Virus record (IMG/VR): IMGVR_UViG_3300033405_000003
Reading direction: 5' to 3' (one strand)
Origin: a virus
Taxonomy: Duplodnaviria; Caudoviricetes
DNA: 64,000 bases
The notes beneath the pieces are model-generated. The model did not search any database and was not told the DNA's origin. It saw only the letters and a program-made list of their open reading frames with translations. Positions 31,970-43,025 of this stretch are shown here, piece by piece. The translations under genes were made by a program, and so were the position numbers. Numbering within the stretch: position 1 is the first letter of the stretch; each line of letters begins with the position of its first letter.

Positions 31970-32645
31970 ATGGCGAGCGACCGCCCCCCGAACGTCAAGC
32001 TGAGCGGCAACCTCGACACGAACCAGGCCGCGCGCTGCAACCTCCACGACTGGCCCATCCCGTGCTGGGCGTGCCAGGTCGCGTCCAAGACCGGCGCGGC
32101 CGGCGCCCCCCTGAGGAGGATGCCTCGGGCATCACCATCGGTCGCCGGGCTGCGCGCGCGAGCGATCCTCGCGGAGGAGATGAGCCACTACCAGCACATC
32201 GATGCAGTCGCCCGGCTCATGATGCGCGCGAACGTGGACGAGGTCATCGGCGCGCTCCCCGAGCCCTTCCGGTCGCGGTTCATCGAGCACGGGATCACGC
32301 ACTGGATCCCGCGCGGCGAGCGGCTCGTAATCGGGATCCCGCTCCCGGACGAGGCCATCGAGGCGTTCCGCGAGTGGTTCAAGAGGCGAACGTAAAGATG
32401 AAGAAGACGTACCAGGCGCACGTCTCGACGCCGGAGGAGGACGCGACGCTCGCCGAGCTGCGCGAGGGGCTGCAGGCGTGGCTCAAGGCGTCCGCCGACA
32501 AGGGGATCGAGCACGGCCTCGTGCTCGCGGCGCTCATGCTCTTCTCGGCGAGCGGCGCCGCGGCGACGGACGTCTCGAGGGAGGCCTTCGTCGACCTGAT
32601 GGGGAAATACTTCGACGTCTACCGCGAGAATTTTAAGACGCTGTC

Positions 32646-33728
32646 GTGACGGACGAAGCGGACAAGCCCGAGGGCGGGGACAAACCCCAGCCGATCTACG
32701 CGCCGGAGGAGCAGATGCTCATCCCCGGCTACAAGAAGTACGTCAGCGTCCGGCCGAAGGACTGGCGCAAGTGGGAGGACGGCCGCGGCAACAAGATCGA
32801 CGGGCCCGGCTACAGGGGCGCGCAGTTCACGGGCAAGATCGTGCCGCCGCTCACCGACAGCCACGGCCACCCCTACAAGGAGGACTCGCTCCAGATCGTC
32901 CGCGACGCGCGAGGCGTCTTCAAGATCATCGACTGGTCGCTCCCCGTCGACAAGACCGCGCCGGCGGGGACGAGCGACGGCTTCGAGGAGGAACCGCGCA
33001 CGGCCCCGCTCATGGGGCGCCCCGTCTACGAGACGCGTCACTCGCTCGAGCGCGCGAAGCTCGCGATGAGCATCCTCGCCCGGAGAGCCCGCGACAGGAA
33101 GGCGGGCCTGCCCGACGACCCGGCGCAGTGCAAGGACCTCGCGGGCAAGCCCATCTTCGTCGGCAAGCTCGTCCTCGCGCGCCACGCGCGCGGGCGCTTC
33201 GCGGGCCACTACGCCATCATCGACACGACGTGCGACGTCGCGGCGCCCGGGTACCGGTTCGTGCTGAAGAAGGGCGCGACGCTCAAGGACGCCGTGCGCG
33301 CGCTCGCGGACATGGCGAAGAAGCACAAGCCCGCGGCTCAGAAGACGCGGAAAACGTTCGTCGCGGCCGGCGGCCCGATCGCGTTCTCCGTGCCCGACGG
33401 GCTCGGGTTCGGCGGCGGCGGGGGCGACCGCGAGTGCCCGACGCCGGACAGCCTGAGCTGGGACGTCACCGTCGACATCTACGCGCGGACGGGCAAGTGG
33501 TGCACGACGGCGATGCTCATCTGGGCGGGTGCCTACCCCGCCGAACTCGTCGAGCAGTGCGAGAACTACCGTCAGGAGTTCCTCGAAGACCCGTCGAAGT
33601 TCTACGACTACCCTGACGAGACGACGAATGACGATTATCGAGAAATGGTCGAGTCGCACGCGGCGGCGCGCGCGATCCTCGAGCACTTCGAGGGGTCGCG
33701 CGTGGTGGACCTCCCTCCCGAAGACTGA
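32646..33728 (+). CDS. hypothetical protein
   Basis: 360 aa; GTGA coupling. Confidence 0.6.
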   Translation: MTDEADKPEGGDKPQPIYAPEEQMLIPGYKKYVSVRPKDWRKWEDGRGNKIDGPGYRGAQFTGKIVPPLTDSHGHPYKEDSLQIVRDARGVFKIIDWSLPVDKTAPAGTSDGFEEEPRTAPLMGRPVYETRHSLERAKLAMSILARRARDRKAGLPDDPAQCKDLAGKPIFVGKLVLARHARGRFAGHYAIIDTTCDVAAPGYRFVLKKGATLKDAVRALADMAKKHKPAAQKTRKTFVAAGGPIAFSVPDGLGFGGGGGDRECPTPDSLSWDVTVDIYARTGKWCTTAMLIWAGAYPAELVEQCENYRQEFLEDPSKFYDYPDETTNDDYREMVESHAAARAILEHFEGSRVVDLPPED

Positions 33729-33755
33729 CCGTCATATTGCCGTCAAAATAGGGGG

Positions 33756-33784
33756 TTGCTAATTCGTAGCATCGTTGCTACGCT
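33756..33784 (+). promoter_or_regulatory. leaderless promoter with overlapping operator palindromes
   Basis: TTGCTA-N17-TACGCT; GTAGCA-N4-TGCTAC inverted repeat; ATG 7 nt downstream. Confidence 0.65.
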
Positions 33785-33791
33785 GTCTCCC

Positions 33792-33959
33792 ATGGCAAGG
33801 ACGTACATGCTCCGCGTCAAGATGACGGCGGACGAGGAGAAGCGGTTCAGGGCACTCGCGGACGAACGAAGCCTGAGCTTCTCGTCGTACGTGCGCATGA
33901 TCCTGCAAGAGAAATACACCGAGAAGAAGGAACGCCGCGCCCAGGCGCCCAAGCGTTAG
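33792..33959 (+). CDS. ribbon-helix-helix (CopG-like) regulator
   Basis: LRVKMTADEEKRFRALADERSLSFSSYVRMIL. Confidence 0.7.
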   Translation: MARTYMLRVKMTADEEKRFRALADERSLSFSSYVRMILQEKYTEKKERRAQAPKR

Positions 33960-33974
33960 ATCCCCCGAGAAACC

Positions 33975-35636
33975 ATGGCCATGACCAAACCCTCCGTCGA
34001 AGCCAGCCGGCTCGCCACCGTCCAGCGGGCGGCGAAGTACGTCCTGTCGATGGACGCCGCCCTCGCCCAAGGCAAGGGTGACGTTGCGTTCGGATCCATG
34101 GACGTCTTCCCGCCCGACCTCGACCCAGCGCCGAGGGCGAGCCCGGAATACACATGGAGGTGGCAGCTCGCCTGGGTGTGGGCCCGCGCCGGGTTCTTCA
34201 AGGAGACGATGACGGGCGCGGGGATCAACAAGCACCGCGAGTACATCCTCTTGCCGAAGGGGCGCGCGGCGCTCGCGCGCATCGCGGCCGAGCCCGTGCT
34301 CGCGAGCTTCTACGTGTCCTCCAAGAGGACGGCCGCGAGCAAGGACGAGAGGCCCCCGAGCTACTTTCAGCCCCCCGAGCTTGTGCCCCTGATGTACGAG
34401 CCGCCGCCCCCGCCGCTCCGCCTCGTGAAGGAAGACGAGCCAGGCGAGGCGAGCGAGCCGGAAGAGGAAGCCCCCGAGGAGGAAGCCACGAACGAGCCCG
34501 CGCCCGAGGACGGCGGCCTCAAGGACCTCCCCGTCTTCCTCGAGCGCATCACGCTCGTGCTCGAGAGCTTCGGCGAGCGCCTCGCGGGCGTGTCCAAGCT
34601 CGGCGCGCGCATCGACAAGATCGAGGACGAGGTCAAGGGCCAGGGCGAGTACCTGCTCGGGATCCTCCAGTCCCTGCAGAACATCGAGGAGGGGCTCAAG
34701 CCTGCCCCCGCGCCCGCGCCCGCGGAGGCGCCCGCGACGCGCGAGGACCTCGCGAGGGTCGCCGGCGAGATGACGGAGGCCTTCATCCGCGACAATCCTC
34801 AAAATTCGACCATTACCGCGCTCGGAGCGCGCGTCGCCGAGCACGCCGAGGCCCAGGACAAGGTCGCCCGCGAGGTGGCGGGCCTCGCGGCGCTCGTGAA
34901 GGAGAAGATCTCGAAGCCCTACGTCGAGGCCGCGCTCCGCGACGCGATCTCGACCGAGATCGCCGCCGTCTTCCTGAAGGAGCTGCCGAAGAGCGTCGTC
35001 TCGCTTGTGAGAACCGCGGTGTCCGAGGAGATCGGCCACGGCGTCGATCCCGTCGTCCAGGCCATCGTCCTCGCGGAGGGCACGATCAAGGGCAGCCTCA
35101 AGGAGGACCGCGAGGCGCTCGAGGCGCGCCTCGCCGCGCTCCTGCCGAAGAAAACCCTCGAGAAGCTCGAGAAGGCGGTCCTCGGGTCGTGCGCCGAGAT
35201 CCGCGACGAGCTTTCGGAGATCGGCGGCGCGGCAGCAGACCTCTCGGACAACCTCGAGAAGATCAACGCAAACTTCGTTGAAGGCGGCAAGGAGTTCCGG
35301 CGTCAGGGCGACGAGATCGTCGAGGTCACCAAGAGGAACATCGACACGATCCAGTCGACGACCGACGCCGCCCGCGCCGTGCTCGACGCGGCGAACGCGG
35401 TCGCCAAGGAGATGATCTTCATGGCGCGCGCCCGGGCGACGGACGCCGGCATCCCCTTCGAGACCGCGCTCGAGATCGGCAACTCCATCATCCGGAGCAT
35501 CGCCGCCGCGAGCGACAAGCTCGGCTCGAGTGCGGCCACGTCGCTCGGCGGCGGCCTCATCCGGCCCATCCCGAACGACGAACTCCGCCCGGTCATCCTC
35601 CCCCGGGACGAGGACGAGGAAGGGGGAGCGAAGTGA
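33975..35636 (+). CDS. large coiled-coil hypothetical protein
   Basis: 553 aa, helical, E/A-rich. Confidence 0.7.
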   Translation: MAMTKPSVEASRLATVQRAAKYVLSMDAALAQGKGDVAFGSMDVFPPDLDPAPRASPEYTWRWQLAWVWARAGFFKETMTGAGINKHREYILLPKGRAALARIAAEPVLASFYVSSKRTAASKDERPPSYFQPPELVPLMYEPPPPPLRLVKEDEPGEASEPEEEAPEEEATNEPAPEDGGLKDLPVFLERITLVLESFGERLAGVSKLGARIDKIEDEVKGQGEYLLGILQSLQNIEEGLKPAPAPAPAEAPATREDLARVAGEMTEAFIRDNPQNSTITALGARVAEHAEAQDKVAREVAGLAALVKEKISKPYVEAALRDAISTEIAAVFLKELPKSVVSLVRTAVSEEIGHGVDPVVQAIVLAEGTIKGSLKEDREALEARLAALLPKKTLEKLEKAVLGSCAEIRDELSEIGGAAADLSDNLEKINANFVEGGKEFRRQGDEIVEVTKRNIDTIQSTTDAARAVLDAANAVAKEMIFMARARATDAGIPFETALEIGNSIIRSIAAASDKLGSSAATSLGGGLIRPIPNDELRPVILPRDEDEEGGAK

Positions 35637-36586
35637 TGACTTCGACTCTCCCGCCGAGCCCGCCGAGCCCGCCGAGCCCCACCGAGGGGACCCCCGCGAC
35701 GGCCATGGAGAAGCTCGCCTTCGCGGAGCGCGAGGAATACGAGGCCCTCACGCCGGAGGACCGCAAAGCCTTCCACAACATGGCGGACTTCATCCACTAC
35801 AAGTACCCGGACCGCTCGACGCGCGCCGTCGTCATCCGAAGCAAGTTCCGCCTCCAGGGCAACAACTCCGACCGGTTCTGGCAGCGCATCGAGGGCGGCA
35901 TGTCGCTCACGACCGCGTGGAAGCTCCTCCGGTCGTGCGAGAAGATCTGGCTCGCGAACACCATCAAGTCCCGGACCTGGGACGACGTCGTGACGGACGT
36001 CTTCGACTGTTACGACAAGAAGGGCGTGGCCCGCAGCATCAACGGAAGGACGTACCGGTCCTCGAGTCCCAAGGCCCGCGCGGAGCGCATCGCGAAAGGC
36101 GAGGAATCGGCGCGCGGCCGGCGGCTCGGCAGGGGCGAGGGCGCCCTCTCGAGGCACCGCACCGTCGTGCGCGAGGCCATCGCGGCCTGGGTCGCGGCCC
36201 GGATGCCGAAGGGCGACCCGCGCGCCAAGGCGTGGACGAGCGAGTTCATGCGCGAGATCGAAGTCGTGCTCGAGAGCTTCACGCAGCGGTTCTCGACGGC
36301 CAAGCCCCGGCGCGACGATCTTTTCGCCGCGTGCGCCCTGCTCAACATCCCCCGGCCCCGCTGGGGCCAGCCCGCCGACCAGAAACGCGCGTGGAAGAAC
36401 CGCAAGGCGGCGCTCGCGTCCACGCACCCCGACAGGCTCGGCACCAACGACGGCGTCGACGCGTTCCAAGCCATCAACGACGCGTACAACGTCGTCGTCG
36501 CCTACAACGACAGCCTCGCGGCAGCGAGCGCCCCCGCCTCCTCGGACGAGGAGGATCAGCAACCGAACAAGAAAGAGAGCCCCTGA
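35633..36586 (+). CDS. protein with C-terminal J-domain
   Basis: KAALASTHPDRLG...FQAINDAY. Confidence 0.75.
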   Translation: MMTSTLPPSPPSPPSPTEGTPATAMEKLAFAEREEYEALTPEDRKAFHNMADFIHYKYPDRSTRAVVIRSKFRLQGNNSDRFWQRIEGGMSLTTAWKLLRSCEKIWLANTIKSRTWDDVVTDVFDCYDKKGVARSINGRTYRSSSPKARAERIAKGEESARGRRLGRGEGALSRHRTVVREAIAAWVAARMPKGDPRAKAWTSEFMREIEVVLESFTQRFSTAKPRRDDLFAACALLNIPRPRWGQPADQKRAWKNRKAALASTHPDRLGTNDGVDAFQAINDAYNVVVAYNDSLAAASAPASSDEEDQQPNKKESP

Positions 36587-37119
36587 TGTCCCGCCCCCGT
36601 CTCGATGTGATGAACGTTCTTGAGCAGTGGGAGCCCGATCGCAAGAAGGGCCTCGCGGCGAACGCCGCGAACCTGCTCGACTTCGCCGCGCGCAAGAAGC
36701 CCAAGGAGCCGATCTCGTGGTCCTGGGTCACGAAATGCGTCGTCGGCGGCAAGATGCACCACCCCGACAGCAAGATCGTCGTCGACATGAGGGCCCGGTG
36801 CTCGGCCATCCGGCGCTTCCTCGGCCGGGACTACAACCGCGGCCTCGTCTCCGTGCGCGGCCTCGGCGTCCGCGCCACGACCGACTCGGACGACTACGCG
36901 AACACGCAGCTCCGCAAGGACGCGACGACGTACGAGACCGCCCGCCAGCGCCTCGTCACCTCGCGCGCGCGCGTCGACACCAAGACGATGAAGAACAAGG
37001 AGCTGAAGGCGTGGGCCGAGGACGTCTCGAAGGTCCTCACGGCGCACAACGACCGGCTCGCGCGTCTCCTCCTGCCGCCGGGCGAGGAGGGTAAGGAAGA
37101 CGAAGAGGGCAAGCGCTAA
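36586..37119 (+). CDS. hypothetical protein
   Basis: TGATG coupling. Confidence 0.6.
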   Translation: MSRPRLDVMNVLEQWEPDRKKGLAANAANLLDFAARKKPKEPISWSWVTKCVVGGKMHHPDSKIVVDMRARCSAIRRFLGRDYNRGLVSVRGLGVRATTDSDDYANTQLRKDATTYETARQRLVTSRARVDTKTMKNKELKAWAEDVSKVLTAHNDRLARLLLPPGEEGKEDEEGKR

Positions 37120-37183
37120 TGCGCGCGCCCAGGTTGTTTTCCTCTAATGATGTGATTACTCAGGACAGCCGAAGGAAGAGATC

Positions 37184-37600
37184 ATGAACGAGACGAACGA
37201 ACCGAGCACCCCGAGCCTTCCCTACGCGAAGGGGTCGGAGACGAGCAAGGCCGCGGCCAAGTCCATGGAGAAGATCGCGCCGAGCGACGAGATGCGCGTC
37301 CACGCGTTCTTCATGAAGCGGGGCGACCTCGGCGCGACCGACAAGGAGATCGAGGAGGCGCTCGCGATGAGCCACGAGAGCGCGAGCGCGAGGCGCAATG
37401 CGCTCATGCTCAAAGGCGTGGTCAAGGACAGCGGCAGCACGCGCCTGACGCCCTCGAAGCGCAAGGCTACGGTCTGGGTCCTCGGCAGCGGCGCCGCCGC
37501 GTCCAGAGCAGCGAATGGAGGAAATGTCGGGGCCAGAGATAAAGCTCGATTGCTACTTCTGCGACGCGATGCGGCTCTTCGAAGAGATCAAAGAGCATGA
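37184..37600 (+). CDS. winged-helix DNA-binding protein
   Basis: GATDKEIEEAL...SASARRNAL..KG.V.DSG..R.T.S.RKATVW. Confidence 0.6.
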   Translation: MNETNEPSTPSLPYAKGSETSKAAAKSMEKIAPSDEMRVHAFFMKRGDLGATDKEIEEALAMSHESASARRNALMLKGVVKDSGSTRLTPSKRKATVWVLGSGAAASRAANGGNVGARDKARLLLLRRDAALRRDQRA

Positions 37601-37798
37601 ACATGGTGCTGGTGAAGTGTGTGAGGAGTGCCTCTCGGGCCTTGCTGTGGACGCGTTTGCTGGCGGGGCAGCAGCCGCGCACGGGAGAATGCCGTCGCCG
37701 CTCCCGCTTTGCGAAATGCACCGCGGCTATTTGGTTCCGAAGCTCACCGCGATCGGTCTAAAGGTTCCAGGGGTCCCGGGGATTGAGGATCATTCCGA

Positions 37799-38245
37799 AT
37801 GACCCGCATGAGCGATGCTCGCAGCCAAAGGCGCTTCGAGGAGAAGATGCAGAAGAAGGCCGAGAAGCGCCGCCCCGTGAGCGTCGCGTTCAGCGTGGGG
37901 TTCCAGCAGTTCGAGGACGGCCACCACCGCGTGGGCCTCTTCTACGGCGAGGGCGAGCCGACGGACGACACCCTCGTCTCCTCGATGCCCATCCGCGGCG
38001 ACCTCACGCGCGAGCGCAAGGAGGACATCGTCTGCAAGTTCATGACGCTCGCCGCGGCCTGCATCACGTCGCCGGACGAACGCGCGACGGTGTTCCACCC
38101 GAGCCAGATGAGGCGCGTCCTGTCGGCCGATGCGGGCGACACTGATGCCGCCCCCGCGAAGCCGAACAAAGTCGTGGAGACCGACCTCTGGGCGGACCTC
38201 CTGGGCAAGCGGAGCGAAGACGAAGACGACGGCAAGGACGAGTAA
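37799..38245 (+). CDS. hypothetical protein
   Basis: coding-like frame. Confidence 0.55.
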   Translation: MTRMSDARSQRRFEEKMQKKAEKRRPVSVAFSVGFQQFEDGHHRVGLFYGEGEPTDDTLVSSMPIRGDLTRERKEDIVCKFMTLAAACITSPDERATVFHPSQMRRVLSADAGDTDAAPAKPNKVVETDLWADLLGKRSEDEDDGKDE

Positions 38246-39686
38246 GGAGAGAGACATGTCATCAAGGACCATCGGAACGTGCTCGATCTGCGGGGGCCGA
38301 GTGTCGGTGCCCGACCACTGGATGGGAATCCACCCGCCCATCCCGACGTGCGACTCGTGCGGCGCGCACATGAAGCAGCCGCACGGGCCCGTCGTCCCGA
38401 TGGAGAAGCCGGGCGGGACGGAAGGGTTGAAGCTCGGCCGCTGCTCGGGCGACCGCTGGATGATGGGACCGCCCCGGGCGCGGTGGGACTGACCTCGATG
38501 GCGACGAGCAGCCCGAGCCCGAAGGCCGTGGAGGCCGTGGAGAGGATCGTGGACGACCTCACGAACCGGCGCGGCCTTCGCCAGGAGTGGGAGAACATCG
38601 ACGAGGAGATCCAGGCCGAGATCAAGCTGGGCTGGGCCAAGGAGATCGACTCGATCTTCTTCAGGTTGCCATGAAGAACGACGTGAACGACCCGACCGAG
38701 AAGGAGCTGGAGGCCGCGTACGCGGAGCAGTTCCCGCGGTGCCGCATCGGCCCGGCCGAGCGCCTCTTCTTGACGTTCATCCTCGTCGCGAGGTCGCGCG
38801 GGGTCGGCTACGGGTGGATGCGCCAGGCGATCGGCATCGCGTGGAAGCTCGCGGACCCGGTCGGGTACATCGACGACGATCGCATCATCGAGCTGCATCG
38901 CAAGGATCGGCCATGAGCACCTGCGTCTTCTGCCTCAAGCACCGCGGGGACCCGACGCCGTGGGTGGCCGATAACCCCGGCGACGGGTGCACGTACGGAA
39001 TGAAGCACGAGTTCCCCGAGCCGGAGAAACCCAAGCAGCAGGCCCCGAAGCGCGACGCGAGCTTGTGCACCAAGTGTGGCCTGCACGCGAAGAACCCCGC
39101 GTCGCAGAAGAACGGCTGCGAGCACGAGTACCCGGCGAAGGAAGAGTCGTGATGGGCGAGCGCGGCACGCTCTGGGTCCGGTACCTCGGCTCGAGGGTCG
39201 TCCACCGCGCGGACGTGTTCCCCATCCCGACGGACGGGGTGCCGGCACGCGTCGCGAAGCTCAGGGCCCGCGGCGACGTCGCCCAGATCTGGTACGTGCC
39301 GGGGCTCGCGTGGGCCAAGGACGCGCACGAGGAATGGAACATCAGCAAGAAGGACGGAACAACATGATCGACGGCAAAGTGTTCGCCATCAACAGGGCGC
39401 GCGACAGGGCGGCGGCGGAATCGCGCCGCCAAGGGGAAACCTCGAGCCTTTCCTCGGAGATCGCGGTCCTGAGATCCCAGCTCTCCATGGAGGCCGCCGC
39501 GGCGCGCGCGGACAGGGTCGCGCTCAAGACGGAGAACGCCTTGCTCCGCCAGCTCCTCTCCGACGTGCTGGGGTCCATCGAGACCGCTTCCCCCGGCGAC
39601 CTCGCCTCGTGGCGCGAGAGGATGAACGCGATCCCGAACGGGGAGAAAGCGCGGCCCAAGAAGCGCCGGCGCGCGAAAGGCGGCCC

Positions 39687-40133
39687 ATGAAGCTCCCGTA
39701 CGCCGTCGTCTACGTCGACCGCGGGCTCGCGGGGGACGGGCTCGCCCACTACTTGAACCTGCAGTGGAAAGACGGGTGGGACTACGTCGCGCACCTCGCG
39801 GGCACCGGACCGAAGCAAGGCATCCTCATGAAGAAGCGCGACGTGCCGGGTCTCGGCAAGATCTACCTCTCGCTCATGTCGCTCTGGGACGGCAAGAACC
39901 TCACGGAGAGCGAACTTTTCGCGAGCTTCACGCGGATCCTGTCGGACGACCCGTCGGAGCTTGCGAACGTGCGCGCGATGCTCGGGCGCGATACCGAGGT
40001 GAAGGAGCATTTCGAGGAGTGGCTCCGGGGCCTCGTGAAGGATCGGCCCGCGATCCGGATGTCGAGCGGCTCGCCAGTCGCGGTCTCGGACGAGCTTCTC
40101 GAGGTCCTCGCGAAAGAGAAAAAGGGGCGATGA
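39687..40133 (+). CDS. hypothetical protein
   Basis: ATGA coupling. Confidence 0.55.
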   Translation: MKLPYAVVYVDRGLAGDGLAHYLNLQWKDGWDYVAHLAGTGPKQGILMKKRDVPGLGKIYLSLMSLWDGKNLTESELFASFTRILSDDPSELANVRAMLGRDTEVKEHFEEWLRGLVKDRPAIRMSSGSPVAVSDELLEVLAKEKKGR

Positions 40134-40302
40134 TGGTGCACTACAGCATGAAGAACTCAGCCGGCACCAACTACGTCGTCATCGGGATCATTGGGTTCAT
40201 TGGGCGCCGCGTCGTGAACCCTCCGATCGCCCAAGAGAAGCCGCCGGAACCGCACGGCGTCGAAGCCGGGTACCGCGTCAACGCCCGCGTGGAGAGGCGC
40301 TG

Positions 40303-40638
40303 ATGCACAACCTCAGCATGGCGCAAGCGCTCTCGATCTGGACCGCGTACCACGGCAAGAACGCTTTCGGCGGCGACACCGCCGAGATCTACATCTACAA
40401 GCTCATGCCCTACGAGCCCCTCGTCGCGAGCGTCGTCGGGGTGCTCCACGAGAGCCCCACCGCCAGGGAGGCGTCAGCCTGGGCGTACGACCGGGCGAAC
40501 ACGAGCCTCCACGCGCTCCTCACGCACTTCTCGAAGACGCGCGACGCGCGCGTCGAGGTCGATGGCCACGAACTCGGCGAGTGGCTCAAGGGCGCGCGCT
40601 TCGACCACCGCGTCCGCGTGAGGGTCGTGCCGCGATGA
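40303..40638 (+). CDS. hypothetical protein
   Basis: RBS GGAGAGG; coupling. Confidence 0.55.
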   Translation: MHNLSMAQALSIWTAYHGKNAFGGDTAEIYIYKLMPYEPLVASVVGVLHESPTAREASAWAYDRANTSLHALLTHFSKTRDARVEVDGHELGEWLKGARFDHRVRVRVVPR

Positions 40639-40942
40639 GCGTGTACTTTTACGCCGTCTGCGACGTCTGCCGCCTCGTCTGCCCGTCGACGACGAGCCAC
40701 GGCGGCGAGTGCGCCGCCGGCGAGGGACTCATTCACCCGTTCATCGCCAGCCACGTCTACTGCCGGAGCAGTCTCTCGCCCTCCCGCGCGCGGCTCCCGG
40801 GCGACGGGTTCCCCTCGTCCGTCCGAATCGTCGACGAGAGTTCGTGGGAGCGCGAGCAGGCCGTCACGGAGAAGGACGGCTGGCGCATGGTGCGCGCCCT
40901 CGCGGACACGGAGCAGCGCGAACCCCGGCCCTGGGAGGCGTG

Positions 40943-41665
40943 ATGACGACGAGAGTGAACGAAGAAGACGCGATCGACCAGTTGATCCTCGAGACCGAGG
41001 ACTACCTCGGCCGGGTGCTCGCGCCGGGCAGCGCGACCCTCGATCTCCTCCGGAGGCTAGCCGCTGGCACGCGCATCCTCGTGAACAAGCTCTCCGAGAG
41101 CGAGGCGCTCATCCGGGAGGCGCGCATCGCCTGCCCGCTCTGCCGCGGCAAGGGTTACTGGAGCACCGACGTCTACAAGAACCGGCCGTGCCACTGCAAG
41201 GCGGGCGAGATGTTCGCGTCGCTCACGAAGCCTGCGGTCCGCGTCGGCGTCGCGGTCATCCTCCGGCGCGGCGACCGCGTGCTCATGGGCCTCAGGAAGG
41301 GCAGCCACGGCGCCGGCACGTGGTCCTTCCCCGGCGGCCACCTCGAGCCGGGCGAGACCGTCTTCGAGTGCGCGTCGCGCGAGCTGCGCGAGGAGACCGG
41401 CATCGACGTCGAGCCGAGGCGCTTCCGCAAGTCGACGTATACGAACGACGTCTTTCAGGCCGAGGGCAAGCACTACGTCACCGTCTACGTCGAGGGGTGG
41501 CGGCCCCCGTGGCCCGGCGACCCCGCCCTCGACCCGACCCCCGAGCCGAAGATCCTCGAGCCCGAGAAATGCGCGGAGTGGCGCTGGCAGGGCTCGCCGC
41601 CCTCGCCGCTCTTTCTCCCGATCGAGAACCTCCTCAAGGACGGCTTCCGCGTCTGGCCGCCTTGA
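40943..41665 (+). CDS. Nudix hydrolase with N-terminal Zn-finger extension
   Basis: Nudix box GGHLEPGETVFECASRELREETG; EPEKCAEWRW. Confidence 0.9.
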   Translation: MTTRVNEEDAIDQLILETEDYLGRVLAPGSATLDLLRRLAAGTRILVNKLSESEALIREARIACPLCRGKGYWSTDVYKNRPCHCKAGEMFASLTKPAVRVGVAVILRRGDRVLMGLRKGSHGAGTWSFPGGHLEPGETVFECASRELREETGIDVEPRRFRKSTYTNDVFQAEGKHYVTVYVEGWRPPWPGDPALDPTPEPKILEPEKCAEWRWQGSPPSPLFLPIENLLKDGFRVWPP

Positions 41666-41705
41666 CGCGAGCGTGACGGCAATCTAACGGTACTGAAGGG
41701 AACGC

Positions 41706-42884
41706 ATGAAGGAAGAGTTCTTCGCCCCCGAGAACGAGGTCCCCGGATCGCGGCGCGAGCACCTCTCGCCGTCGGGGCATTACAAGCTCGTCGTGTCGAG
41801 CTTCAGCACGAAGGCCGGGTCCTGGAACTACGCGCAGGGCCTGGTCCTCAGGCGCAGGCCTGACCCCGGCGGCGCCAAGCTGGAGATCAAACTCGTGGTC
41901 GACGAGCCCGTGTGGGACGTCGTCGCCACCGTCCAGCGCAACTACAGCGCGTTCCCGTTCCTCTTCGTCGAGGATCACCCGATGGGCGACTTCCTCGTCT
42001 GCGGCCACGACTACCAGGGGCAGACGGTCGTGTACCTTCGGACGGGCGCGCGCAAGGACGTGCTCTCGCCGGGCACCGAGGACGGGTTCGGCTTTTGCTG
42101 GTCCGAATACCGCTACGACCCGAGGTCCGAGATCCTCGTCGTGTGCGGGTGCCACTGGGCGTGCCCGTACGAGTTCCGCCTCTACGACTTCTCGGACCCG
42201 ATGGCCGGGTGGCCGGAGATCACGATCGAGGGCGACGACGGCTCGCCGCTCGGCGGCATCGGCATGTTCGAGGACGCGAGATGGCCGACGCTCGCGGAGG
42301 ACGGGACGATCCGCTTTTACCAGACCGGGGACGAGGGCGACGACGCGAACGGCAACGACCACGCGGCGCAGCTCCTGCCCGCGCACGCGACGAGCGACGC
42401 GGGCGTGCTCGCGCACACGACGTTCAGGCGGAAGGGGGCGACGCAGCTCGTCCCGCTCGGCGAATGGGTCTCCGACAAGGAGAAGCAGCACCGCGCGGCC
42501 CGCGAGGAGGCCGAGCGCAAGTTCGAGGCGTGGAGGGAGGAGTTCAAGAAGAGCGACCCGCTCTACCTCGTTTGTGAGCGGCTCGCGTCCGATCCCGCGC
42601 TGTCGCCCGAGGAGCACATGAGTCTCGGCTGGGTGTACGACGGATGGTGCCCTGACTACAGGTCCGAGGGCGAAAAGGAGCGGCGGGCGTGCCGGCGCAT
42701 CGTTCAGCGCCCGGGGGACAAGGGGCTCACCATCGTCCTCGAGTGGGCCGTCGACGCCGGGCCCATCAAGCTCGTGGTCTTCCGGGACGGCGACCACGCG
42801 CTCGACCAGTTCTTCGAGCACTCCGCGGCGGGCATGGAGGAGGCATTCGCCCGTGCGAAGGACCTCGTGAGGGGCGCGGCGTGA
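41706..42884 (+). CDS. hypothetical protein
   Basis: 392 aa; GCHWACPYE motif. Confidence 0.65.
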   Translation: MKEEFFAPENEVPGSRREHLSPSGHYKLVVSSFSTKAGSWNYAQGLVLRRRPDPGGAKLEIKLVVDEPVWDVVATVQRNYSAFPFLFVEDHPMGDFLVCGHDYQGQTVVYLRTGARKDVLSPGTEDGFGFCWSEYRYDPRSEILVVCGCHWACPYEFRLYDFSDPMAGWPEITIEGDDGSPLGGIGMFEDARWPTLAEDGTIRFYQTGDEGDDANGNDHAAQLLPAHATSDAGVLAHTTFRRKGATQLVPLGEWVSDKEKQHRAAREEAERKFEAWREEFKKSDPLYLVCERLASDPALSPEEHMSLGWVYDGWCPDYRSEGEKERRACRRIVQRPGDKGLTIVLEWAVDAGPIKLVVFRDGDHALDQFFEHSAAGMEEAFARAKDLVRGAA

Positions 42885-43025
42885 CCTGGTTCTTGGACGC
42901 GAGGGAGCTGGAGCGCGCGATGCCGATCATGGCGTTCGCCCGCGACCCGCGGCGCCAGTACATCGTCTATCCTTTCCTCGGGTTCGCGAGGTGGCCGAGG
43001 GTGTTCTGGTGAGGGAGAAATACGC